A DNA stretch of 24,000 bases, taken from positions 1-24,000 of the forward strand of contig WUQV01000172.1 of the NCBI GenBank assembly GCA_009889585.1, given 5' to 3'. Source of the stretch: Candidatus Bathyarchaeota archaeon (GTDB lineage: Archaea > Thermoproteota > Bathyarchaeia > Bathyarchaeales > WUQV01). The translations under genes and the position numbers were made by a program. This document shows positions 1 to 7,526 of this stretch, piece after piece (position 1 is the stretch's first letter; the number at the start of each line of letters is the position of its first letter). A model generated the notes under the pieces. The model was not told where the DNA came from, did not search any database, and worked only from the letters and a program-made list of their open reading frames with translations.

Positions 1-1
1 C

Positions 2-454
2 GTCGCCGTCGACACGAGGAAGCTAGCCGACGGAGATCAAGAGGTGGTCCTCATGGCTTACGACAAAATCGGGCATGTCTCGATCGCCAAGCTGAGGATA
101 CGCGTCGATAATACGCCTCCGTCCGTAGCCATATTAAGCCCGGCCCCCGGCTCCCTCCTGTTCTTCACGACCGAAATCAAGTTCTCGGTAAGCGATGCGA
201 ATTTGAAGAGGGCGACGCTTATAATCGGCGGGGTTGAATACGACGTAACCGATAAGACGTCGTTCAGCTTGAATACGCTTGACTTAAGGGATGGTGAGCA
301 CGAGATCCGCTTAGAGGCCGAGGATCTCGTCGGAAACTTCTCGGCAACGTCGATAACGATAAGGACGTTTAACTATGCCCTCATCGGAGGATCCATCGCT
401 ATCGCGATAGGAGCCGCTTTAATGGCGCTATTGATCAAGCGTCGTAAGCGTTAA
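2..454 (+). CDS. Cell-surface protein, C-terminal fragment (5' end outside the window): Ig-like region plus a single C-terminal membrane anchor
   Basis: The frame is open from the window edge: VAVDTRKLADGDQE precedes the GTG at 44 with no stop, so the listed 44..454 ORF is the tail of a longer gene. It has a DNTPPSVAILSPAPGS inter-domain-like motif. The hydrophobic stretch ALIGGSIAIAIGAALMALLI is followed by a basic KRRKR tail and the stop. Confidence 0.5.
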   Translation, partial: VAVDTRKLADGDQEVVLMAYDKIGHVSIAKLRIRVDNTPPSVAILSPAPGSLLFFTTEIKFSVSDANLKRATLIIGGVEYDVTDKTSFSLNTLDLRDGEHEIRLEAEDLVGNFSATSITIRTFNYALIGGSIAIAIGAALMALLIKRRKR

Positions 455-469
455 ACTAAGGCCATTCCC

Positions 470-478
470 TTTTTATTT
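470..478 (+). terminator. Oligo-T tract (TTTTTATTT) 16 nt after the stop of the surface-protein gene; possible archaeal terminator
   Basis: The T5-A-T3 run directly downstream of the stop at 452-454 is seen in the sequence. Archaeal termination commonly uses oligo-T tracts. Confidence 0.3.
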
Positions 479-760
479 AACAAATGGACTAGCTGAGAGG
501 AGCATGAGCGCATCTTTTTTAGTGAAAACTTGATCTTAACGGTCAAAGCTTCTACTTTTGGCTTTCAAGTATTTGCTCACCTTACGAAGCTCCTTCAAAA
601 TACCTACTTGCGCATTAGGCCTTAAGATGGTCTTTCCCTGATCTTTGGCTAGTACGCGCATTATAGAGCTCTTACGAGAAGGCCCATAGAAGGCATATCT
701 GAGCCCTAGCTTAGAATTTGGTGATAATTTTAAATCTTTGGATGCTCAATTTATCGCGAG

Positions 761-1306
761 ATGATCATCGAGATAATCTTAAGCGCTTTAAGCGTTATCG
801 CCAGCGTCGTTGCGGCTGTAGCCATTTTGGCCTATTGGCTCGGCCGAAGGTTCGAGCGAATCGACGCGAGGTTCGAGCGAATTGAAGAAAGGTTCGAAGG
901 AAGGTTCGCCGGGATCGAAAGAGCGCTTAGATCCCTTGCCTTAGCCTCGGCCGAAGCCCAAAGGGTGATCGTCGACTTCCTATCCTTAAAGGGCCTTCTG
1001 GAGAGGTCCGAATCGGAGTACCTCGCGAGAAGGATCGAAGGGCTCTTTCGCGTTTACGCAGGATCCTCCTCAAATCCGTTAAGCGAGGATGAGCTCCGAT
1101 TCATAAGGGAGTTCTTTTCGAGGGTCTCAAAGGACGCCGACTCGGCCACGATGGAGGAGGCGGAAAGGGCTTATGAAATAGGCAAGAGGATCTTCGCGGA
1201 AGGGGATGAAAGGGGCTTCCTAGTGGCCGTTGCGGCGGCTTATGCAAGGGGCTATTTAGTGAGCCGAGAAGTTAGGAAGCGCAAGCTTGAGGGGGCGCGA
1301 ATCTAA
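761..1306 (+). CDS. Hypothetical membrane-anchored protein (N-terminal TM helix, RFE-repeat coiled region, helical C-terminal domain)
   Basis: The 181-aa ORF has GC content typical of neighbouring genes. It has an N-terminal hydrophobic helix (IILSALSVIASVVAAVAILAYWL) followed by RFERIDARFERIEERFEGRFAG repeats. I recognise no family. Confidence 0.6.
   Translation: MIIEIILSALSVIASVVAAVAILAYWLGRRFERIDARFERIEERFEGRFAGIERALRSLALASAEAQRVIVDFLSLKGLLERSESEYLARRIEGLFRVYAGSSSNPLSEDELRFIREFFSRVSKDADSATMEEAERAYEIGKRIFAEGDERGFLVAVAAAYARGYLVSREVRKRKLEGARI
848..913 (+). repeat. In-frame tandem repeat: two 21-nt units (aggttcgagcgaatcgacgcg / aggttcgagcgaattgaagaa) followed by two 12-nt half units (aggttcgaagga / aggttcgccggg)
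   Basis: Directly visible in the DNA. It encodes RFERIDA-RFERIEE-RFEG-RFAG (residues 30-51 of the 761..1306 ORF). Confidence 0.8.
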
Positions 1307-1439
1307 AACTCGAAGATAAACCCTCGCCGCAGATGACCACTTGGTTTAGAGCGTTTTGCCGCATAAGGTGGATCGATAAAGGCTTAAGTATCATTAGGTG
1401 CATCGTTCGACATGCCTTCGTCGGCCGAGGAATCGTCGG

Positions 1440-2144
1440 ATGAAGGCCGTTGCCCTCGTCTCAGGCGGCATGGATTCGCCTTTAGCCGCTGCGTTGATGA
1501 GCAAGAAGATGGAGATAATCCCAGTTCACTTCCTAACTCATCCATTCGGTAGGACTTCGCTTGAGGTCGTCTTTAACTCGTTTAAGGTTTTAAAGGAGAG
1601 GATAGGGTTCAAGACGATAATATTATGTCCTTGGGGAAAGGCGCTATCAACTATCGTTAAAAACCCATTAAAAAGGGCGTATACATGCTTAATTTGTAGA
1701 AGGGGGATGTTAAAGGCGTCGGAGATGATTTGTGAATCTAGTGGAGCCGTAGCGATAATCACTGGTGAATCCTTGGGGCAAAAGGCAAGTCAAACGCTTC
1801 GCAATATGGCCGTTACCTCGCGAGGGATACGATATCCAATCTTAAGGCCCCTTTTAGGCTTGAATAAGGATGAAATAGAAAGGTTATCGAAAAGGCTTGG
1901 GATATGGGTTGAAAAACACGTTGGCGCTTGTACTGCGTTTCCTAAAAATCCTGTGACGAAAGGAGATGCTAAAGTCTTAAAAGAGCTATATGATGCCTTA
2001 AATATGCAAGAAATAGTTGAAGAATGCATTAAAAATAGCTTCAAAGGAGATGTAGAGGACGTAAGCGATTTGAAGGATTTCTTCTTAGAGTCATCGAGGA
2101 AGATCGTGGAAAGCTTATTTTCCGAGGGTATTTTTGAAGCGTGA
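1440..2144 (+). CDS. thiI: ThiI-like PP-loop ATP pyrophosphatase (tRNA/thiamine sulfurtransferase catalytic domain only; no THUMP or rhodanese domain)
   Basis: The motifs are MKAVALVSGGMDSPLAAALM (PP-loop SGGxDS), a CLICRR CxxC motif, ITGESLGQKASQTLRNM, RPLLGLNKDEIERLSKRLG and a downstream Cys in HVGACTAF. I prefer the ATG at 1440 over the track's GTG at 1398 because family homology starts there. Confidence 0.8.
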   Translation: MKAVALVSGGMDSPLAAALMSKKMEIIPVHFLTHPFGRTSLEVVFNSFKVLKERIGFKTIILCPWGKALSTIVKNPLKRAYTCLICRRGMLKASEMICESSGAVAIITGESLGQKASQTLRNMAVTSRGIRYPILRPLLGLNKDEIERLSKRLGIWVEKHVGACTAFPKNPVTKGDAKVLKELYDALNMQEIVEECIKNSFKGDVEDVSDLKDFFLESSRKIVESLFSEGIFEA

Positions 2145-2178
2145 ATTAACGTTCCTATGACGTTAGATCGATTCGCGA

Positions 2179-2364
2179 TCATGAGGGCTGCGACTTTAAC
2201 GATCGAATGAGGGCGGATGCCTCACGAGCGGTCCTAGCCGTTGCGACCTTTTTAGCTCTTTCGACCTCCAATCGCGACTTACAATAAGGGCAAGCCTTCG
2301 TCCTTTGGATAGCTTTTGTTAATAAAAGCCGTCCGCATTTATAACAAACGATGATCGCGTACAC
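2179..2364 (-). CDS. Small zinc-ribbon protein (CxxC...CxxC) with a basic helical tail
   Basis: The 61-aa ORF reads MYAIIVCYKCGRLLLTKAIQRTKACPYCKSRLEV, with two CxxC pairs spaced like a zinc ribbon. It resembles small archaeal Zn-ribbon proteins (DUF1922-like), but this is unverified. Confidence 0.5.
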   Translation of the reverse strand: MYAIIVCYKCGRLLLTKAIQRTKACPYCKSRLEVERAKKVATARTAREASALIRSLKSQPS

Positions 2365-2435
2365 TTAAGCCCGTCCTCACCTTTCGCGAAAAGCTTTTCC
2401 TTCGTTAAGTAGATTTGCCTTATGGAGTTGCTTAT

Positions 2436-2786
2436 ATGAACGAAGAAGGGGAGAAGGCTTCCTTGATCGACTTAACCATCGAGCACTTCAGCAAGATCGG
2501 CTATAAGGTCGAAAGGGACGTGACTTTAGAAGGCCTGCCGAGCTTAACTCGTAAATGCGACTTGTTAATTCGAAGGGGCGATGAACGCCGCTTGGTTTTT
2601 GTTAAGGATTGGAGGAGATCGGTCGGAGTGAATACCATCATAAACGTCGATAGAGCAGCCGAGGCCTTGAAGATCCCAGGCCCCATCATCGTCTCCAACG
2701 AATTTAGCGAACACGCTAGGGCTTACGCTAAGAGGAGAGGCGTGACGTTGTTGACGAAGCAAGAGGTCTTAAGGAAGTTACGCTAA
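2436..2786 (+). CDS. Small PD-(D/E)xK / Mrr_cat-like restriction-endonuclease-fold protein
   Basis: The pattern FSKIGYKVERDV...CDLLIRRGDERRLVFVKDW...VGVNTIINVDRAA...IIVSNEFSEHARAYAKRRGVTLL matches the Mrr catalytic-domain layout: an Asp strand, a hydrophobic-x-K strand and a C-terminal helix. The ATG at 2436 is preferred over the TTG at 2415. Confidence 0.5.
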   Translation: MNEEGEKASLIDLTIEHFSKIGYKVERDVTLEGLPSLTRKCDLLIRRGDERRLVFVKDWRRSVGVNTIINVDRAAEALKIPGPIIVSNEFSEHARAYAKRRGVTLLTKQEVLRKLR

Positions 2787-2795
2787 AGATCGTTC

Positions 2796-3386
2796 TTAAG
2801 GCCTTAAGAACTCTTCTAAACGCCCCTCCGATTCTAACTTCTTAAGCCAATCGATTGTTCCAATACGACAAGGGGCATTTCCGTTTAAAATGGAGATTAT
2901 TTCCTCAACGACCGTTTCGACCGCCTTGTTCGTTACGTCAACCTCGCAAACCCTCCCTCGGCCGAGGGCGTTAGCGGCTTCGAAGAGACAGATGTCTAAG
3001 ACCTCGGCGAGTAGGTTCTCCTGAAGCTTGCGGCTCGAGTAACCACGCCTCTCCATGATGCGCTTCAACTCGTCCGGATCCATCCTTAAGACGAACGCCT
3101 TATGTATCAACTCAGGGGGTACGACGTGCATCGCGTAATGCCCGTCGACGACGACATCACCTTCGACGTGGCGTACGATCTCTTCGACCCTCTTCGAAAG
3201 CCTCCTTACGTCCGCGATGAACGCGCCTCTAACCTCATCAAAGCCTAAGAAGAGGCGCTCCTTCTCCACGAGCTCCGCTAGGTCTATGTGAATCGCTCCG
3301 ATCTTAGCCGAAAGGACGCGAGAGACGGATGTCTTGCCAACGCAAGGGGTGCCCGTTATCACTAAGATGCGCTTGAACTCGTTCAT
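2796..3386 (-). CDS. Fap7/AK6-type broad-specificity NMP (adenylate) kinase
   Basis: It has the P-loop ILVITGTPCVGKTS, then VVDGHYAMH and VLRMDPDELKRIMERRGYSSRKLQENLLAEVLD, typical of archaeal COG1936/Fap7. The start is placed at the internal ATG (MNEFKRILVITG) 21 nt inside the track ORF. Confidence 0.8.
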   Translation of the reverse strand: MNEFKRILVITGTPCVGKTSVSRVLSAKIGAIHIDLAELVEKERLFLGFDEVRGAFIADVRRLSKRVEEIVRHVEGDVVVDGHYAMHVVPPELIHKAFVLRMDPDELKRIMERRGYSSRKLQENLLAEVLDICLFEAANALGRGRVCEVDVTNKAVETVVEEIISILNGNAPCRIGTIDWLKKLESEGRLEEFLRP

Positions 3387-3711
3387 GGTCGAATTAGGAC
3401 GCAACATCGGACGTCAAGGCGATCTATCACTTAAGCTTAGCTGACGGTTTTAAGGGCTTAAAAGGCCTTCAACTACTCGCGACTCCCCCTTACGACCTCC
3501 TTACGAGGGGCTGTAGAAGTTAAGGAACGACAAAGCCGACGTAATTAGGAAAGGCGTTAAGTTGGCTTAAGAAAGAGCCTACAATTGATTCACGACCGCC
3601 GCTTTAACTTCGCGGCTCTTGATTAACTAATTAGAGTCAATTCTTCTTCATCATGAAAACGCATCACAAAAGATAAATACGAGAATTTGTAATTCCCTTT
3701 ACGAGTATTAA

Positions 3712-4377
3712 ATGTCAAACGAAGTATCGCCTACGATAGAGGAATACCTTGAAGCCATGTATAGGCTGCAAGAGAGGGATGGCTTCGCGAAGACAACCGA
3801 GCTCGCAAAACGATTAAAGGTGGCGCTTGGAACGATAACTAACACCGTCGAAAGCATGGAGAGGCAAGGCTTAGTCGAGCATAAGCCCTACAAAGGCGTG
3901 AAGCTCACCGACAAGGGACGAAAAATAGCCTTGGACGTCGTCAGGCGTCACCGCCTTTCGGAGTGCTTGCTCGTTGATATTTTGAAGGTGGACTGGAGCA
4001 AGGCACACGATGCGGCTTGCAAGCTTGAGCACGTCTTCGCTGATAAGGAATTAAGCCAGCCGCTAGAAAGAGCCTTAGGGTATCCGAAAACTTGTCCGCA
4101 TGGCAACCCAATTCCGTCGGAGTACGGGGAACAAGCTGAGGAGCGATCCGAGGTTCTGACGTCCTTAAACGTCGGGGAAAAGTGCGTAATTACAAAGGTG
4201 ACAGACGAAAACGAAGAAATACTGCGGTATTTAGATAAGCTCGGGCTCGTGCCAGGTGCCTCTATTGAGGTTGAAGGTAAGGCCCCCTTCGACGGCCCCA
4301 TCATAGTTAAGGTTGGGAGCACTAACTTCGCTTTAGGAAGGAACATCGCGTCGGTGATTTGGGTTAAAAAAGCCTAA
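3712..4377 (+). CDS. DtxR/MntR/IdeR-family metal-dependent transcriptional repressor with a C-terminal FeoA/SH3-like domain
   Basis: The N-terminal wHTH reads IEEYLEAMYRLQERDGFAKTTELAKRLKVALGTITNTVESMERQGLV. The dimerisation and metal-binding region reads RRHRLSECLL...KLEHV...CPHGNPIP. The C-terminal part reads GEKCVITKVTDE...LGLVPGASIEVE (FeoA-like). Confidence 0.9.
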   Translation: MSNEVSPTIEEYLEAMYRLQERDGFAKTTELAKRLKVALGTITNTVESMERQGLVEHKPYKGVKLTDKGRKIALDVVRRHRLSECLLVDILKVDWSKAHDAACKLEHVFADKELSQPLERALGYPKTCPHGNPIPSEYGEQAEERSEVLTSLNVGEKCVITKVTDENEEILRYLDKLGLVPGASIEVEGKAPFDGPIIVKVGSTNFALGRNIASVIWVKKA

Positions 4378-5204
4378 TTCAAAGGCGCTGGGCATACTCG
4401 ATTGATTTTTGTCGCTTTTCGAGAGGTCTTAAGGCGGCGCTGATGGCAGCCCATACCTGAGACCATCCTACAGCCCCGTTACTCAACTCCACCTTTTATC
4501 GATGATGTCATAACCTTAGCCCTGTCTTGGCCAATGTTGCGGGCGCATGACCTCCTTCTCAACCCCTCTTATGAAGTTCCTGGTCTCTTAGGCAGATCAT
4601 CGTAGTACTCTGGCCCCTTTGTGTTCGAGAAGCACGCCTCATATCCACTAGAGCCACCTACGCAGCTTCCGTTGAGCACCACGCCTTCCGGCCAAAAGTT
4701 AGAAGGTATCTTCATGGCGGCAAAAGCCTTTCGTCCCAGCCATGGATTAGTCCTCTATCAATTTAACCCAACCTTACAGCTTCTTGAGCCTCCTCGTGAA
4801 CGTTAAAAGCGCCATCAGCAGAAGCATTATTCGCGCTTTAGAGCACATCATTAACGTCAAGCGATGTAATTAGTCTCACATTACGCCTTATTTAGGCCGT
4901 TAAACGAACTCATCCACCCTTACTTTGAGAAATGACTTCTAAAGTCCATCGCGTTAATTACCTCAAATTTGCTCGCCTCCCTATAGTCTAAACGTAACGC
5001 CATTCACTTGTCAAAACGATCCATTTGAAAATGTGGTATTAGGACCTCGATGTTAAATGATGACGATGAGGGCTCTGTTTAAGCATAAGCCTGTGCGCCT
5101 TTATCGCCTCTTCACTTATATAGCCCTTTTAAAAGGTAAAAAGGCTTTTAAAAGGGCCGTGCTAACTATTAGCAAGTGCCTAGCCTCCCATAGATACTGT
5201 CATT

Positions 5205-5717
5205 ATGATCGTCGGGTTCGCCGCTACGATCGCCGCTATTTTGGGAGTTATTTATAAATTTGGACGCTGGACTAAGGCTGTCGAGGGTCAAATGAATGAT
5301 CTTCGATTTACCGTTAGAAGCCTTTCTTTAGTGCTCAAGACTATAGTTGATATATTTATCGAATTGCGGAAGAGATTATTAGGCCGTGAAGTGATTACTT
5401 TAGATATGGTAATTGATATTCTTAGCGAAGCTTCTGAAAGAGTTTCAGAGAGCGTAATAGAAACGTACTTTTCAATATATGGTGAAAAATCAGGCAATCC
5501 GAACGTCCACAAGGAACGTAGAAAGAGGGAGCTTTTAGAAAAGGCACGACAAAGGCAAATTTCTTATGCTGAAGCGGAGGAGCTGAAGAACATCTTAGAG
5601 GATCAGAAAAAGCGACACGAAGCCAGTGGGGACATCGTCGGAGCGATTCTTTTGGGATTATTGCTCTTGTTCGTACTGGCCATTCTAGCTGGTTTTCTCA
5701 AGGAGGGGAAAGGATAG
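5205..5717 (+). CDS. Hypothetical membrane protein (N-terminal and C-terminal TM helices flanking a charged helical region)
   Basis: The 170-aa ORF has an N-terminal helix MIVGFAATIAAILGVIY and a C-terminal helix IVGAILLGLLLLFVLAILAGFL. Its layout is loosely similar to the 761..1306 product (TM, RSLxL, xNP, AEE motifs). Confidence 0.55.
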   Translation: MIVGFAATIAAILGVIYKFGRWTKAVEGQMNDLRFTVRSLSLVLKTIVDIFIELRKRLLGREVITLDMVIDILSEASERVSESVIETYFSIYGEKSGNPNVHKERRKRELLEKARQRQISYAEAEELKNILEDQKKRHEASGDIVGAILLGLLLLFVLAILAGFLKEGKG

Positions 5718-6228
5718 CTTTAGATGAAGCTATGGAAGACGTCCCAAGTCCTGAGCGACTCATGCGTTCCATCTAGGCCCTCTCAGAGCGAAGAAACCCT
5801 CATTGAAGGTATCTTCATAAGCGCCAAGCCGTTCGTTATAACTTCAGAATACTTCGACTTCACCGCCTTCTTCCTCCTTGAAGATGCCTCCCAGCATTTC
5901 AGCCTTCTTTTTATCAAATACAACTAAAGCTATTAGAGAATCTCATCTCTTCATTCACGATACCCAGAGCCACCTTCCCTTTATGTTTATATTTACCTCA
6001 TTGGCATACTATGAACCACGTAATCGAGCTTCAATATCAAACAATATACTCATAGATAAGGTTGGTATGCCTCTTATCTTAAGCATAGACAATGACATAG
6101 TGGACATAAGTATTTCAAAACAGTTGTATGCTCAACTATCCTCCTTAGGCTAAGGCCCTTAAATACGTTCGGAGCGTAACCATGATGAAAAACCCTTATC
6201 TATCGGGACGTCTCTTAAAAGCGCTAGC

Positions 6229-7506
6229 GTGAAGGAGGACGTGTCGCTCCAACCGAAGAGAACATCGTTACAACTCTATCGATTAAAAAAGTTACTGGAT
6301 TTTTTGGCAAGCAAAGAGGGAAGGGGAACGGAGTTAATCTCTCTATACATTCCGCCGGGTCGCCAAATCAGCGACACCGTGGCGATGTTAAGACAGGAGT
6401 ACGGAACGGCTTCTAACATCAAGTCCGATACGACGAGGAGGAACGTTCAAGACGCGCTTGTAAAGGTTATGCAACGCCTTAAGCTCTTTAAGGAGGCGCC
6501 TGAGAGCGGGCTCGTTATCTTCTGTGGAGCTATTCCACAAGATGGAGGGCCTGGAAGCGAGAAGATAGAAACTTACGTAATAATACCGCCTGAGCCGATC
6601 GACGTTTACTTATACCGTTGTGACTCAAGGTTTCACATAGAGTACTTACAGGAGCAGTTAAAGGAAAAGGAAGCTTATGGAATAGTCGTCATGGACGCTA
6701 GCTCGGCGACGATCGCTATATTAAAGGGCAAGAGGGTCGAAGTGGTGGAAGAGATAACCTCTGGCATCCCTGGGAAGCATAGGGCTGGAGGTCAATCCGC
6801 TAGGCGCTTCGAAAGGTTAAGGGAGATGAGGCTCATCGAATATTATTCCAGAGTTGGAAGGCATGTGAACGAGGCATTTTTAAGCGTGCCGGAGTTAAAG
6901 GGGATCATCATAGCAGGGCCAGGGCCTACGAAGTATGAACTTCAAAAAGGGGATTATCTTCACTACTCATTAAAAGATAAGGTTGTTGGAATAATAGATA
7001 CGGCGTACTCGGATGAGCAAGGGGTTGAAGAGGTAGTCGAAAAGGCGCCTGAGATAATACAAAGGGTTCGTTACGTTGAGGAGAAGCAAATAGTTCAAGA
7101 GTTCTTATATCATATCGGACATGATACAGGCTTAGCGACGTACGGCGAGGTTGAAGTTCGAAAGGCTTTGGATGCAGGGGTCGTGAGGACGTTATTGCTA
7201 TCCGAGGACTTAGAGATCCTTTGCGTGACGGTTCAATGCAGCTCGTGTGGATACGTTGAACGTCGCTCTATGAGAAGCGTCGACGTATTGAGCTTCAAAT
7301 ACGGCTTGGCAAAGGGATCGTGCGTGAGTTGCGGAGCTCAATCCATTTCGGCCATCGAGACGGAGGAATTAATCGAGGATTTAGCGAAAATAGCCGAAGG
7401 ACAAGGGGTTAACGTAGAAGTAATCTCTACGGAGACGGAAGAGGGGCAGATGTTGAAGAAGTCATTCGGAGGAGTTGCAGCGATACTTCGCTTCAAGCAA
7501 GGTTAA
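6229..7506 (+). CDS. prf1: Peptide chain release factor aRF1
   Basis: It has the TASNIKS stop-codon recognition motif, the GGQSARRFERLRE GGQ motif and GRGTELISLYIPPG. The C-terminal domain carries a Cys4 insert (CSSCG...CVSCG). The GTG start is uncertain. Confidence 0.95.
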   Translation: MKEDVSLQPKRTSLQLYRLKKLLDFLASKEGRGTELISLYIPPGRQISDTVAMLRQEYGTASNIKSDTTRRNVQDALVKVMQRLKLFKEAPESGLVIFCGAIPQDGGPGSEKIETYVIIPPEPIDVYLYRCDSRFHIEYLQEQLKEKEAYGIVVMDASSATIAILKGKRVEVVEEITSGIPGKHRAGGQSARRFERLREMRLIEYYSRVGRHVNEAFLSVPELKGIIIAGPGPTKYELQKGDYLHYSLKDKVVGIIDTAYSDEQGVEEVVEKAPEIIQRVRYVEEKQIVQEFLYHIGHDTGLATYGEVEVRKALDAGVVRTLLLSEDLEILCVTVQCSSCGYVERRSMRSVDVLSFKYGLAKGSCVSCGAQSISAIETEELIEDLAKIAEGQGVNVEVISTETEEGQMLKKSFGGVAAILRFKQG

Positions 7507-7526
7507 CGCTTAATGCTTCCTTGACG

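Noticed and set aside
1538-2182. Antisense ORFs nested in real genes. Examples are 1538..1762 and 1790..2182 (opposite thiI), 2501..2698, 2565..2762, 3948..4346, 5288..5512, 10078..10499, 11635..12080, 13697..13939, 14099..14293, 15036..15326, 16199..16414, 17019..17222, 19005..19250, 20283..20510 and 21655..21909.
   Set aside because: Each lies entirely opposite a longer ORF with clear family motifs. Their products are low-complexity (Ser, Leu or Pro rich) with no recognisable motifs, as is typical of shadow ORFs.
4621-6153. Track ORFs 4621..4806, 5057..5257, 5724..5927 and 5878..6153 in non-coding-looking DNA. The same applies to 10914..11108, 20650..20868 and 21860..22072.
   Set aside because: They have no motifs and odd composition, or overlap better genes or an RHH remnant in another frame. 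The shared EGIF..AK.F peptide of 4621..4806 and 5724..5927 is better explained by a nucleotide repeat containing a 1-nt indel than by a conserved protein.
7230-7350. A Cys4 (CSSCG...CVSCG) insert in the C-terminal domain of aRF1.
   Set aside because: As far as I recall, zinc-ribbon-like inserts in this domain occur in archaeal aRF1 proteins. It is not evidence of anything unusual without a comparative check.
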